From positions 1 through 33,753 of the forward strand of contig JBCNUU010000011.1 of assembly GCA_039630545.1 (NCBI GenBank): a DNA stretch of 33,753 nucleotides. The letters are read 5' to 3'. Position numbers and translations under genes: made by a program. Positions 7,288 through 16,602 of this stretch are shown here, piece after piece. This DNA is from Endomicrobiia bacterium. GTDB lineage: Bacteria; Elusimicrobiota; Endomicrobiia; DTEH01. Under the pieces are notes generated by a model. That model searched no databases and was not told the DNA's origin. It saw nothing but the letters and a program-made list of their open reading frames with translations. Every line of letters begins with the position of its first letter. The first letter of the stretch is position 1.

Positions 7288-9903
7288 CTAAATATTCCAT
7301 ATAAAAACATTAGAATTTAATTTCCTTTCATTTTCAAAAAGTTCTTTTATATTATCATCCATTGTAAAATAAAAAATTTGCCAGTTATATTTTGAAAGTT
7401 TAACTAAACTTTTAACAAGCAATGGACGTTTGCCCCAGTCCACATGTTGAAACGCATCATCAAAAATTAAAAAAGCAGAACCTTTATTTAGGAGCCGATT
7501 TGCTATTCCAATTCTTATTCCCAATAACACCTGTTCTTTTGCGCCGGTGCTTAAATCTCTTATATCAAAATCAGTATAATTATCAGAAATTATAACATTA
7601 TCATTTTCTATTTTAAATCTTTTGTATCTTTTTGTTATAAATCTAATAAATTTTCTAACTTCTTTTGAATTCAAACATTCTATTAATATCTCTTCCTTTT
7701 TGCTTTTTAAAGAATTTATAGTTTCAGATATCAAATTTCCTGCAACGATTTTGGCAATTAGATGTTTATATTCAACTTCTTTAGTTAGTTTTAACTTAAA
7801 CAGTGCTTTAATTAAATCATCCCAGTTGCTTGTGATATCTTTATTTGTTCTTGTAGAAACTTTTACTTTTAAACTCTGTAGTTGCTCTTCTTTTTGTTTA
7901 ATAATTTCTTGTAAATTTTGAATTTTTTCCTCATATTCCTGTAATTTACTTTTACTATATTCTTCAGCGGGTTCTTCTTTTATGTAATCGGAAGAATCTA
8001 TTTCTAACCCTTTGAGTTCTCCTTCAAGATGTATGACATTTTGCTTTTTCTCTCTAACTAAATTTAATATATCTGAAATTTTCTTATTCCAGTTGTCAGA
8101 CTCTTTAAGTGTTAAGTTATAAGATTTGAACCAACCTTTTATTTCATTTATTTGTTTGTTTACATATTTCTGTAAATCTTCAATTTCATTATTTAAGTCA
8201 GTAATATTTTTTGTTTTAAGTTCTAATTCTGAAATTTTTTTAGAAAGAGCTTCAAATCTTTTCTGGTCAAACTCAACACCAGGATCGTTTTCTTCATATT
8301 CCTTTTGGTTAACATTTAATGCTGCTAATTGTTCTCGCAAATTTCTTACTTTGTTATCTATTTCATCTGATTTTTCAGATATTTGTTTTAACTTTTCTTC
8401 GAATTTTTCTTCTTCAACATTTTCGTCAGTTATCTCTTTAAATAATCTTTTCACTTCAGAAAACAGCAGGTTGTATTTAGTTATGTCTTGAAATATTCCA
8501 ATGGCTTCTAAAGCTCCTTTTGCTTCTCTTGCTTTATTAAGTTTTTCTGTAATGGATGCTTCACTACGAAGTTCTTCACCAAATTTTTCTTTAAATTCGT
8601 TTTTAAGTCTTTTAATTTCTTCCGATTGAAAAAGATTTTTGAAAGAAGCTTTCAGTTTCAAAAAATAATAAATAACTCCAAAAATACTGGCGAGGATCAC
8701 TAAACTTAAAATTTTCCATCCATATAATGTAAGAAATAATGTAGAAATAATTATCACTCCAACAGATATGTAAAGGAAAAAATCTGATAAGTGCTTGTTT
8801 GATGGTTTTTCCTGTATTTTTGAATACTGACTTTTTGCTGCTTCTAACCACTCTAAATATTTTGCCTGATTTTCTAATTCTTTTTGTTTTGATGATTTCT
8901 CTTTTATTATATCTTTTAATGTTTTTAGTTCATTAATGTTGTTATATAACTTGTTTATTTTTTCTTTAGAATATTTGTTTAATTCTTTTTGAAGTTGATT
9001 TATTTCATTTGATAACTTATAAGCATGATACCTTTTAGCCAGAAGTAATTTTTCATATTCGTTGTAGTCTTTTTTGAGTGTTTCACATTCTCTTTGTAAT
9101 TTTTCTATCTCTCTTTTTTTATCGTTAAGACGTGAGAGGTTGTTTTCGTATTCATTAATAAAATTTTTGATTTTACTAATATCTTCTTCGGTAGGAAGTT
9201 TTCTGAGTTCTTCTTTAATCTTTTCAATTTCGCATTTTATTCTATAGGCTCTATATTTTTTTGCTTTCAGTTGGATTTCTTTTTTTGCTTCGTATTGAGT
9301 TTTTTCTTTTTTAAGTTCAGATATCTCAGCCGGATTATATTTCTCTATAACTTCTTTTATGAGTTTATCAATTTCTTCTAAATAATTTTTGATATTGCGA
9401 TAGTCTTCCCCTTCGCCTTTATTACTTATATTTATTATGCCATCATCTATTTTTGCGTTCCTTACTGTTGAAGTTATTTTTGAGTTAATTTTATCAAGTG
9501 TTTTTTCTGGTGAAAGTATATTTAATAAAACTTCTTTTGATAATGTTTCTTTTCCGATATTTATATCTCCACTTTTAACTATAAGTATTCTCATAAGAGA
9601 AACCATTTCTGGCAGTTTAATTATATCTTCTATTTTTTTTGAAACTTTTTTACTACCGGTAAAGGTAAAGTCCTCTTTATTACCGTTTATTAAAATTTCA
9701 ATTTTCCCTTCTCCTGAAAAATTTCGCAACGGTTGCCAGAGGGATGTTTCTTTAAAAAGACATTTGATTATGAACTCTACCAGAAAAGTTTTTCCTGATT
9801 CATTTTTTCCATAAATACAATTAACAAGCCCGGGTCCCATATGAAACATTTTAATCGGGCCTACATTTTTGATATCTATTTTTTTGATAGATAACTGGAT
9901 CAT
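7288..9903 (-). CDS. Rad50/SbcC-like (YhaN-type) coiled-coil ABC ATPase with a central transmembrane hairpin
   Basis: Walker A GKNESGKT, signature LSTGAKEQ, Walker B/D-loop LIFDDAFQHVD and long coiled coils. Hydrophobic hairpin at aa ~375-416. No CxxC zinc hook. Confidence 0.85.
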   Translation of the reverse strand: MIQLSIKKIDIKNVGPIKMFHMGPGLVNCIYGKNESGKTFLVEFIIKCLFKETSLWQPLRNFSGEGKIEILINGNKEDFTFTGSKKVSKKIEDIIKLPEMVSLMRILIVKSGDINIGKETLSKEVLLNILSPEKTLDKINSKITSTVRNAKIDDGIINISNKGEGEDYRNIKNYLEEIDKLIKEVIEKYNPAEISELKKEKTQYEAKKEIQLKAKKYRAYRIKCEIEKIKEELRKLPTEEDISKIKNFINEYENNLSRLNDKKREIEKLQRECETLKKDYNEYEKLLLAKRYHAYKLSNEINQLQKELNKYSKEKINKLYNNINELKTLKDIIKEKSSKQKELENQAKYLEWLEAAKSQYSKIQEKPSNKHLSDFFLYISVGVIIISTLFLTLYGWKILSLVILASIFGVIYYFLKLKASFKNLFQSEEIKRLKNEFKEKFGEELRSEASITEKLNKAREAKGALEAIGIFQDITKYNLLFSEVKRLFKEITDENVEEEKFEEKLKQISEKSDEIDNKVRNLREQLAALNVNQKEYEENDPGVEFDQKRFEALSKKISELELKTKNITDLNNEIEDLQKYVNKQINEIKGWFKSYNLTLKESDNWNKKISDILNLVREKKQNVIHLEGELKGLEIDSSDYIKEEPAEEYSKSKLQEYEEKIQNLQEIIKQKEEQLQSLKVKVSTRTNKDITSNWDDLIKALFKLKLTKEVEYKHLIAKIVAGNLISETINSLKSKKEEILIECLNSKEVRKFIRFITKRYKRFKIENDNVIISDNYTDFDIRDLSTGAKEQVLLGIRIGIANRLLNKGSAFLIFDDAFQHVDWGKRPLLVKSLVKLSKYNWQIFYFTMDDNIKELFENERKLNSNVFIWNI

Positions 9904-11009
9904 TTTTTATCTTCAATATCTCCAAATATTATTTTGAGAGCTTCTTCTTCTATATCAGTAAAGTTAAGGAATCTATTTTTAATTTCATATAGATTAGCAG
10001 CTCTGTTAGCAATTTCTTTTTTTACTATATGAAAAAGTTTGATTTTTTCAGAGAAATCTTGACTTTCAGGTGTAGCAAGATTTAGTTCATTTAAGTCAAT
10101 TTGGTTATTGTATAGAGTAATTCCTTTATCCTTAAGAAATGAAAATATAGTATCACTTAACTTCTTTTTGTGAGTGGAATATCCTTTTACTTTTAGTCTT
10201 AATATTACTTTTTTCAATTCATCAGGTGTAAGATTCCAGCAGTTAATTAAATTATTGATATTTTCCTTAACCAATTCAAATTCATTTTCAACAGGATATG
10301 TGATTAGTGTCTCATCGAAATATATGTAAGGAGTCTCAACTGGCTCATCTGATACTTTATAAGTTTGAGTATCAAAAATTATTATTCTTCTTTTACCAGT
10401 TTCAGTGATATCAAGTGGATGGGGGGATCCAGGGTAATAAATTATTCCGTATTCTGTTGGTTTATGGATATGGCCAAGAAAAATCTTAAGGAATTTGTGT
10501 TTTTCAACGCACCTATATGTCAATGGCATATAATATCCTTCTTCATATAAATTTAACTCATAAGAAGAGGAAAGGTAGTCACCGTGAGAGATTAAAACTA
10601 TTTTATTTTCCATATGATTAGTGTTTTTCCTTATTGTTTCATCAATTGCTTCATCCATAGTTGAGAATCCAGGTTTATATGGTATAAACAAAAAATTTAA
10701 ATTTCCAATGGATATAATTTTTTCGTCAAGGTCTGTTGTTATTACTTTTAGATTACTTGCAGTAAAAAATCTGTTGCTTATGTTAGGATCATGATTCCCT
10801 GGTATAACATAGATATGTATTTCTGAAAACTTATTTGCAATATTGTCAAATTCAGAGTAGTTTTGCTGTTCTTTGTCAAATAGATCGCCTGCAATAATTA
10901 AGTGATGAATTTCTTTCTTTTTTAAACTATTTAGAATTTTTTCAAGAGTAGTTTTTCTTTCAGGATAAGCTGAATTTAAATGGAAATCCGCAGTTATTGC
11001 TACTTTCAT
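9900..11009 (-). CDS. Mre11/SbcD-like (YhaO-type) metallophosphoesterase nuclease
   Basis: Motifs TADFH, AGDLFD, PGNHD, SHG, LGHIH and YPGSP. ATGA overlap with the downstream ATPase; SD GAGGA. Confidence 0.9.
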   Translation of the reverse strand: MKVAITADFHLNSAYPERKTTLEKILNSLKKKEIHHLIIAGDLFDKEQQNYSEFDNIANKFSEIHIYVIPGNHDPNISNRFFTASNLKVITTDLDEKIISIGNLNFLFIPYKPGFSTMDEAIDETIRKNTNHMENKIVLISHGDYLSSSYELNLYEEGYYMPLTYRCVEKHKFLKIFLGHIHKPTEYGIIYYPGSPHPLDITETGKRRIIIFDTQTYKVSDEPVETPYIYFDETLITYPVENEFELVKENINNLINCWNLTPDELKKVILRLKVKGYSTHKKKLSDTIFSFLKDKGITLYNNQIDLNELNLATPESQDFSEKIKLFHIVKKEIANRAANLYEIKNRFLNFTDIEEEALKIIFGDIEDKK

Positions 11010-11027
11010 GTGTTTTCCTCTGTAGAT

Positions 11028-11056
11028 ATAATACGAAAAAGCATGAAGATTTTCAA
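11028..11056 (-). promoter_or_regulatory. Sigma70-type promoter for the sbcD/sbcC-like operon
   Basis: Minus strand TTGAAA-17 nt-TATTAT, immediately upstream of the SD and ATG 11009. Confidence 0.6.
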
Positions 11057-11567
11057 TATAAATAATTTATTCCGTAAGATTTTTGCTGTAGAAAGGAGGT
11101 TGTATCTATTATGATCGGGAAAAAATATTTGGTATGGATAGAAGAATATTGCAGGAGAAATTCAATTGGGATAAACTCTTCATAGCAGGATAAGAAAGGA
11201 TATTTGATTTTGTTAAATTTATTCGAACAAAAATAGAGAATATAGATTTAAGAGTTTAAAAAAATTAAATTTAAAATGTTAATGTACAGAAGTTAAAGAG
11301 ATTCCAGAAAATGTAAAAGAATCACTTAAAAAACATTACAGGTTAACAATCGTTGACTATGATAAAATGTAGTATAATTTTTTGTAGAAATACGATGTCG
11401 TAAAATACACTAAATGAACCTGCCTGATACAAATTGCTTTGGCCAAAAGTAAATAAGTTGTAGTTAAATGAAAACTTGTGGGTTTGGTTTAACTAGGGAT
11501 AACTGTTGTTGAACGATTTGCTCCTTATAACAGTTGAAACAAAGATAAATAAGCAAAATTATCATTT

Positions 11568-13178
11568 TTACATCCTGATATAATCTTGCAGTATCCACCA
11601 GGTACGGTTGCGGTCTTTTGGTGAAAGGAGTCCTTTGCTAAAAAGTTCTGAATCAGGAACAAAATTCTTATCAGCAGAAATTTTTTTTTCTAAAAAGATG
11701 CGAGAAAAAACAGCATAAAATTTTATAGGTTTGCTCTTTGCAAGTTGCACATTTATGTTATCTACTGAAACATAACCATCTGTAAGAAGAAGTATGCGGT
11801 AAAAATTTTTTTTTAATGCATGCTGGATCACACAGTCAATATCTGTCCCACCTGTGGTTCTAACTATTCCTTTTTTTATATCATTAAGTTTTGCTTCTAT
11901 AACTTTGTTGCTAAAAAGGTAGACGGGTGACCCGATAACTTCACTTAATGCAAGGATAAGCCCATAATATATTTGCCACACAAGCATTGTTGAGCCAGAG
12001 ACATCAATGTATACATGAACTTTCATTTCGTCATATTCTCTTTTTGGTAATGGTGTTTGGTATACTACAGGTACAAATCCAGAAGCAATTAGAAATGTTT
12101 CTCTGCGTGTAAACTGTGGTATAAATCCGTATTCAGGCAGCATCTGTTCTTTAATTATTGGATTTGAACAGTCAAAACTTAATGCTGAAAGCACAGCGTT
12201 ATAAAACTCTGCTGATTTAAGTTTGTTTACTTTATCTGTTTTCCTTTCGGTTTCCTGCAGGTAGTATCCTACGCATCTTTTAAATTTATCTACTACATTT
12301 TTTGGCAATAAAGAACCTCTGTTTTGACAAATTTTATTTTTTTTGCATATTTTACAACTTTCTTCATCTCTATATTTCTCATCACAGACGGTTTCTGTGC
12401 CTATTAGTGGGATAGTAGTTAAAATAATTTCTGAATTTTCTGATAGTAGTTGCAGGATTTTTTTGACCATATTAAAAAGTTCACTAAATGAGGTATCTGT
12501 TTTCTTTCGTAGCCATACATAAAGGTAGGTATCTAAAACAAGTTTTGCGAAAAAAGTGTTATTAATAAGTTGTCTGGAATGTCCCGACAGTAACTTTTTT
12601 GTTATTTTTTGTTCAGTTTCTGGATGTAAGAATTTAGAATTGAAGCAGTTTAGTTGTAAAAGAATTTCGGGTTCGTTCTTGAACAGCACTTCTGGAGGAC
12701 AGAACAGTTTTTGTATAACATTTGCTTCTTCTTTAAAATAAAATTTTTCAATTACTGGTGGTATGCCACTTTGTTTAAAAAAAGTTTTATAGAGATCACT
12801 GTTAATTTTTAAATCACAGACGATATTTAAGAGTTTATGGCTAACATTTTTGTAGTGGTTCCATAGTTTCAAAAAAAAGTCAGCGTATATCTTATGGTAA
12901 AGTTCATGGAGAACTACAAAAAGTAAACAATTAGTAGTTTTTATATAATTTGTGATAAAATTAAGGTTAAACCACAGATAATACCTGCCACAGCTGTATT
13001 CAATGGCTGCGGTTGAAGTTTTTGTATCTGTAAACTCTATTGATGAAATATGTATTAGGTGTGTTAATATTTCATAGATTTTAGGGTTGGTGCAGGCGGA
13101 CTTCATAAGTAAGTTTACTAACACTCTAATATCCTTTGTAAATTTTATTTTTTTAATCTCTGTAGAAATGTCAAACAT
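11568..13178 (-). CDS. DUF2201-type HExxH metallopeptidase-like plus VWA domain protein
   Basis: TAAI, VLHELYH and NIVCDLKIN (DUF2201_N-like). VWA MIDAS elements YIDVSGS, TGGTD and LLTDG. SD GGAGG. Confidence 0.85.
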   Translation of the reverse strand: MFDISTEIKKIKFTKDIRVLVNLLMKSACTNPKIYEILTHLIHISSIEFTDTKTSTAAIEYSCGRYYLWFNLNFITNYIKTTNCLLFVVLHELYHKIYADFFLKLWNHYKNVSHKLLNIVCDLKINSDLYKTFFKQSGIPPVIEKFYFKEEANVIQKLFCPPEVLFKNEPEILLQLNCFNSKFLHPETEQKITKKLLSGHSRQLINNTFFAKLVLDTYLYVWLRKKTDTSFSELFNMVKKILQLLSENSEIILTTIPLIGTETVCDEKYRDEESCKICKKNKICQNRGSLLPKNVVDKFKRCVGYYLQETERKTDKVNKLKSAEFYNAVLSALSFDCSNPIIKEQMLPEYGFIPQFTRRETFLIASGFVPVVYQTPLPKREYDEMKVHVYIDVSGSTMLVWQIYYGLILALSEVIGSPVYLFSNKVIEAKLNDIKKGIVRTTGGTDIDCVIQHALKKNFYRILLLTDGYVSVDNINVQLAKSKPIKFYAVFSRIFLEKKISADKNFVPDSELFSKGLLSPKDRNRTWWILQDYIRM

Positions 13179-13220
13179 AGTTTTTAGCCTCCGTTAGTTG
13201 TGGGCTGATTCTAAAACTCG

Positions 13221-14375
13221 TTATACTATTCCGAATGCGATATAATAAGGGTAGTCTTCTAAGAATCTATAAACCGTATCAATGGAAGGGTTGTTCTTTG
13301 GAGAGTAGATCCAGTTTACAACATGTGAAAGCAGAACCAGAACGGTTTTCGGGTCATCTATTGTCTTTACTTCGTTATGGTTAATTTTTAGGTTTGATCT
13401 TGTGTCATATACTAAAAATACTGAACGGTATCTGTTTACAATTTCTGATGAGTTTTCTTCATTGACAGAGTTCAGGTCATTTTTTACCTCAGAGTAGGCC
13501 GGAACACGTAAGATATATACAGGTTTAAATTCTTTCGGGACCAAATATTCTCGGTCTACAATTTTGGAAATACCGTGTGTATTGAACTCATTATATATTT
13601 CTTCTTTAAGAATTGAATGGAGAGAGTATTCTAAATCATTGCTCCATGTGTCCATATGATATAGAGATGTTGTTTTACCATCATAGTAAAAAAGAACATT
13701 TGATTCGTTTGGTTTAATTAACATTTTTTTTATATTTTCCACACCTGAAGATCTATCAACAACTTTAATGATGAGCTTGCTTTGCGTTTTCTTTAATATA
13801 GTAAAGTATTGATGGTTAAGTTCAATTAAAAAATTTTTTTTATGTTCAAGAATTCTAAATAAATCATATTCATGATAGAATGGAGCAAAGAATAGTGACA
13901 TGGTTTCTAATGTATCATAAGAGGGCAAATATGTAGGTAGAGCCAAAAACCATGAAATATAATTTGATGTTCTTGATAAAATACCGTATCTATGTCTTAA
14001 AATGGCATCTATTAGTATTTGCTTAAGTTTTGTTTTTTTAAGGTTTTTAGAGTCATTTAAAATTTTATCCAAAATGGAGGTTCCATTCGGGATGTAGTTT
14101 TCAAGTAAAAATTCTACCAATTTTTCGACATCATCGTAGACAATCATACCTTTAAGTTTGCCTGTATGTTTTAGGTAAATATCGTGGAGTAGTAAATCTT
14201 CTTTTAAATAAAATAACTCTTCCTTCATATTAGGAACCTCAAATACTGGTTTGCTTGTAATGTTTATATACATGTTTTTCAGTATATATTCTAATGGGAC
14301 TTCAATATCCTGTACAGAAAAAACTGTGACCTTCCCATTGTAGGTTTTTATTGGTGCCAAAACTTTGAGTTTCAT
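13221..14375 (-). CDS. Hypothetical protein (384 aa) between the MoxR and VWA genes
   Basis: Long ORF with SD GGAGA and short gaps to both neighbours (18 and 42 nt). No recognisable motif. Confidence 0.8.
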   Translation of the reverse strand: MKLKVLAPIKTYNGKVTVFSVQDIEVPLEYILKNMYINITSKPVFEVPNMKEELFYLKEDLLLHDIYLKHTGKLKGMIVYDDVEKLVEFLLENYIPNGTSILDKILNDSKNLKKTKLKQILIDAILRHRYGILSRTSNYISWFLALPTYLPSYDTLETMSLFFAPFYHEYDLFRILEHKKNFLIELNHQYFTILKKTQSKLIIKVVDRSSGVENIKKMLIKPNESNVLFYYDGKTTSLYHMDTWSNDLEYSLHSILKEEIYNEFNTHGISKIVDREYLVPKEFKPVYILRVPAYSEVKNDLNSVNEENSSEIVNRYRSVFLVYDTRSNLKINHNEVKTIDDPKTVLVLLSHVVNWIYSPKNNPSIDTVYRFLEDYPYYIAFGIV

Positions 14376-14393
14376 AGACTTTGTTTCTCCTTT

Positions 14394-15959
14394 TTATTCC
14401 GGATAATTTTTCTTCAGTAAACTTCGGAGGTTGTTAAAAAATTTATTATTTACTGTATTATTTGTATTTAAAAAACGAGATTGTTCTTCATAGGGTAGGT
14501 TTATGATATATCTGTATGCAATATCTGTTTCAATTTCATCAAGAGATATCCTTAAAAGAGTCTGTGAACGGTTACTGGCAAATGGAAGATGATAACATGA
14601 GGCATTTCGCACAGCACTTGTGATTGATGTCATACTTGTGTAAATCTGTGCAACTTTTGTTATAATTTCATGTTCTGCTTCATCTTTTGATAATAAGAAT
14701 TTTAACAGTTTTTTTATTGCAATTGCGAAATCTGCGAGTTTTTCTTCGTTAAGGTCATCCTGTGTTAAGGTCAAGTTTGACACAATTTGACATTTTTCGT
14801 GTTCGTCAAGGTTGTCGTAGTTAAATATTAGATTTTTAACAATAAGCTGAAAATGTTTTGCCTTTGTTCCGCTGGAGCTTTTAAATGTTTTAAAAAGTTT
14901 TGCCTTCATTGGCGATTCAATAATCGAAACTACTTTTTGGTGTATAAGCGGAAGTATCGTATCAATATCTTTTGCTTCCTCTGTAGCAGCAAAAGGTAAA
15001 CTATGCCTAATACAGTTGTAGATTAAAGAGAAGAGGTTGTCTTTTGTATATTCTTTACCATGTTTTGCTGTAACTACACTGAGATATGCAATAATGTTTC
15101 TATTTAGCATACCTAACCTGCGACCATCTATGTACCGTTGTGACTGAATTAGTTCTTGCATTAGATTATAGATATATGGGATAATTATATTTTTGTAATT
15201 TTCCTGAATAATCTGGAATAATTCCCGGGCTGTGTTAATAACTTGGAGTAAGTTTTCAGATTTGACATTGTTGTTTTTATGTAAAGATTTCATAGCTATA
15301 GCATCGTCATGTGATAGATTGTTTATAATTTTATTTATCTCCTCAGGTAACATATCATAAACTTCTGGAACTCGGACAATAAATGCGAAACGACCAAGTA
15401 AAGCTAAATCTAAAGGCATAGCACCAACATACTCACCAACAGGGTTCATCGCTGCAAAGATATATTTTAAAGAGTTAATTTTTTTGCCCATTACACTTCT
15501 TGAACGAATGATTTCAAGCCACTTGTTTTGCATTGAAGGCATGGCGCGAGAGATTTCGTCAATTAATATGAACTCTTTGTCCCAGATAGAAAGCGGTGTT
15601 GGAGTATACTCAATTGTTCCTTCTCGTAATGATTGGGGATTTGGAAAACCTATTACATCATCAAACAGAGCTTTTGATGCGTCATATGCAATAAACTTAA
15701 GATTTAATGAATAAGCAATTGCTTCCGCAAGCATAGTTTTTGCTGTTCCATGTCTTCCTATAAGAAGAACAGGGTCTCCAGTAACAAGACCTGAAAGAAT
15801 CGCATCTTCCACTTGTGAGTAACCATATATCTTTAACTCCGGAAAAATTTCTTTTTCCTTGAAATATCTGATATTTTTATCATCATTATCATCATTATCA
15901 GGTGTAATTCTGTCTTTCTGGAGGTGTTTTATTTTATTAAATATTTGTATTTTTTCCAT
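14394..15959 (-). CDS. MoxR-family (RavA-like) AAA+ ATPase
   Basis: Walker A GRHGTAKT, Walker B ILIDEISRA, sensor I AAMNP, Arg finger LDLALLGRF and sensor II IDGRR. SD AAGGAGG. Confidence 0.92.
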   Translation of the reverse strand: MEKIQIFNKIKHLQKDRITPDNDDNDDKNIRYFKEKEIFPELKIYGYSQVEDAILSGLVTGDPVLLIGRHGTAKTMLAEAIAYSLNLKFIAYDASKALFDDVIGFPNPQSLREGTIEYTPTPLSIWDKEFILIDEISRAMPSMQNKWLEIIRSRSVMGKKINSLKYIFAAMNPVGEYVGAMPLDLALLGRFAFIVRVPEVYDMLPEEINKIINNLSHDDAIAMKSLHKNNNVKSENLLQVINTARELFQIIQENYKNIIIPYIYNLMQELIQSQRYIDGRRLGMLNRNIIAYLSVVTAKHGKEYTKDNLFSLIYNCIRHSLPFAATEEAKDIDTILPLIHQKVVSIIESPMKAKLFKTFKSSSGTKAKHFQLIVKNLIFNYDNLDEHEKCQIVSNLTLTQDDLNEEKLADFAIAIKKLLKFLLSKDEAEHEIITKVAQIYTSMTSITSAVRNASCYHLPFASNRSQTLLRISLDEIETDIAYRYIINLPYEEQSRFLNTNNTVNNKFFNNLRSLLKKNYPE

Positions 15960-16152
15960 ATTTTAAAACCCTCCTTTACTTTAATAAAATACCACTTTTT
16001 AATAAAAAATTTCATTTTTTCATTTAAGAGTTCATATCCAATCTCAAATGTTGCCAGAATCCCCTTCCTATATTATATATACGCTGTTTAGTTTGTAATT
16101 TTTTAAAAATTTTAGCCTTGATTTTTCAATATAAATTAAACCAAACTGAAAA

Positions 16153-16180
16153 AACGCAAAATTTTAAACTTTTTTGCGTT
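16153..16180. repeat. 9-10-9 inverted repeat AACGCAAAA-N10-TTTTGCGTT upstream of the MoxR operon
   Basis: Perfect arms read directly; function unknown. Confidence 0.4.
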
Positions 16181-16377
16181 AACTTAATGGGGACTCGATG
16201 AAAGATTTTATGAAATTTTCTTAGAATATAGGGGTAAAAAATTTAAATATTTAGAAGTTTGAAAATTTTTATATCGTGATGTACCTTATCTTCATATATA
16301 AATTATTTGAAAAGGTAGTAACATAACCTATAATTTGTTTTGTAATAAAGCGATTTTGTATGGTGGAAAGTTGAAGG

Positions 16378-16602
16378 TTAATATTTATAAATAGAATAAA
16401 GAATAGTTAGGGTAGCTACAACAGGTTTTCTTTTTACTAATTTTATAACTTTATCTAAAAATGTTGTCGGTTTTGCAAGAATAGGTTTGTATTCTAAAAA
16501 ATTTCGTAAATCAAGTGCAAAGAAATGCATAGATTTGTATCGTTTTTTGGGTTCTTTTTCTATACTCTTAAGAATAATAGTTTCCAAATCTTTTGGAAAT
16601 AT
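16378..16602 (-). pseudogene. C-terminal remnant of a Hanks-type Ser/Thr protein kinase
   Basis: IFPKDLETIILKSIEKEPKKRYKS...ALDLRNFLEYKPILAKP...KRKP matches kinase subdomain XI plus the juxtamembrane segment. In-frame stop at 16636-16638; no catalytic subdomains upstream. Confidence 0.75.

Noticed and set aside
7288..11009. Assignment to the Lamassu or Wadjet SMC defence systems
   Set aside because: No LmuA/LmuC or JetABD-like partners are present; the partner is an Mre11-like phosphoesterase, which fits SbcD/YhaO.
11353..11378. TTGACT...TATAAT promoter-like pair
   Set aside because: The spacer is only 14 nt and no downstream + strand gene exists.
11501..11535. AACTGTT...AACAGTT hairpin as an ncRNA or terminator
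   Set aside because: A short stem with a long loop; not enough evidence.
15880..15900. 9-bp tandem repeat encoding DNDDNDD in the MoxR N-terminus
   Set aside because: Only two in-frame copies in a low-complexity tail; not a phase-variable tract.
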